Below, piece after piece: positions 63,979 to 64,000 of a stretch of 64,000 bases of DNA. The notes beneath the pieces are model-generated. The model was not told the DNA's origin, did not search any database, and saw only the letters and a program-made list of their open reading frames with translations. This DNA comes from Dictyostelium discoideum (taxonomy: Eukaryota): the NCBI GenBank assembly GCA_000004695.1, contig CM000151.3:3872001-3936000 (forward strand). Reading direction: 5' to 3'. Position 1 is the stretch's first letter; each line of letters starts with the position of its first letter. Position numbers and translations under genes: made by a program.

Positions 63979-64000
63979 GAATAAAGAATAAAGGAATATA

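Overview
This window is eukaryotic nuclear DNA, not prokaryotic. It is about 80% AT, with very long poly-A/T tracts, poly-Asn/Gln/Ser codon runs inside ORFs, and short (60-230 bp) AT-rich introns with GTAAGT/GTATGT donors and (T)nAG acceptors. That is the signature of a Dictyostelium-type social-amoeba chromosome. The ORF track's leading 'M' is often an alternative start codon (TTG/GTG), and many track ORFs are single exons of spliced genes. I therefore rebuilt gene models by hand from conserved protein blocks and splice signals. Manually derived junctions may be off by 1-2 nt. I recognise about 24 protein-coding genes. The housekeeping genes are a bromodomain protein 3' end, an ABCA full transporter, phosphatidylinositol transfer protein, a secreted cyclophilin, Aquarius helicase, V-ATPase subunit D, a DBC1/CCAR homologue, a peroxisomal PTS2 thiolase, an HTTM (vitamin-K carboxylase/LMF-like) membrane protein, CPSF3 (CPSF-73), a stomatin-like SPFH protein, QNG1 (DUF2419), IWS1, a PIAS-type SUMO ligase, a GT49/LARGE-like glycosyltransferase, TRAPPC9 and an RNI-like LRR protein. 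There are two lineage-specific gene groups. One is a head-to-head pair of paralogous 'PxVxVxQ'-repeat proteins at 17.2-20.8 kb. The other is a tandem cluster of three paralogous secreted Cys-pair/GxLGG proteins at 39.4-45.7 kb. One cluster member carries a 1.4 kb Pro/Thr-repeat tail interrupted twice by the same GGA->TGA change. I found no tRNA, rRNA, CRISPR or transposon.
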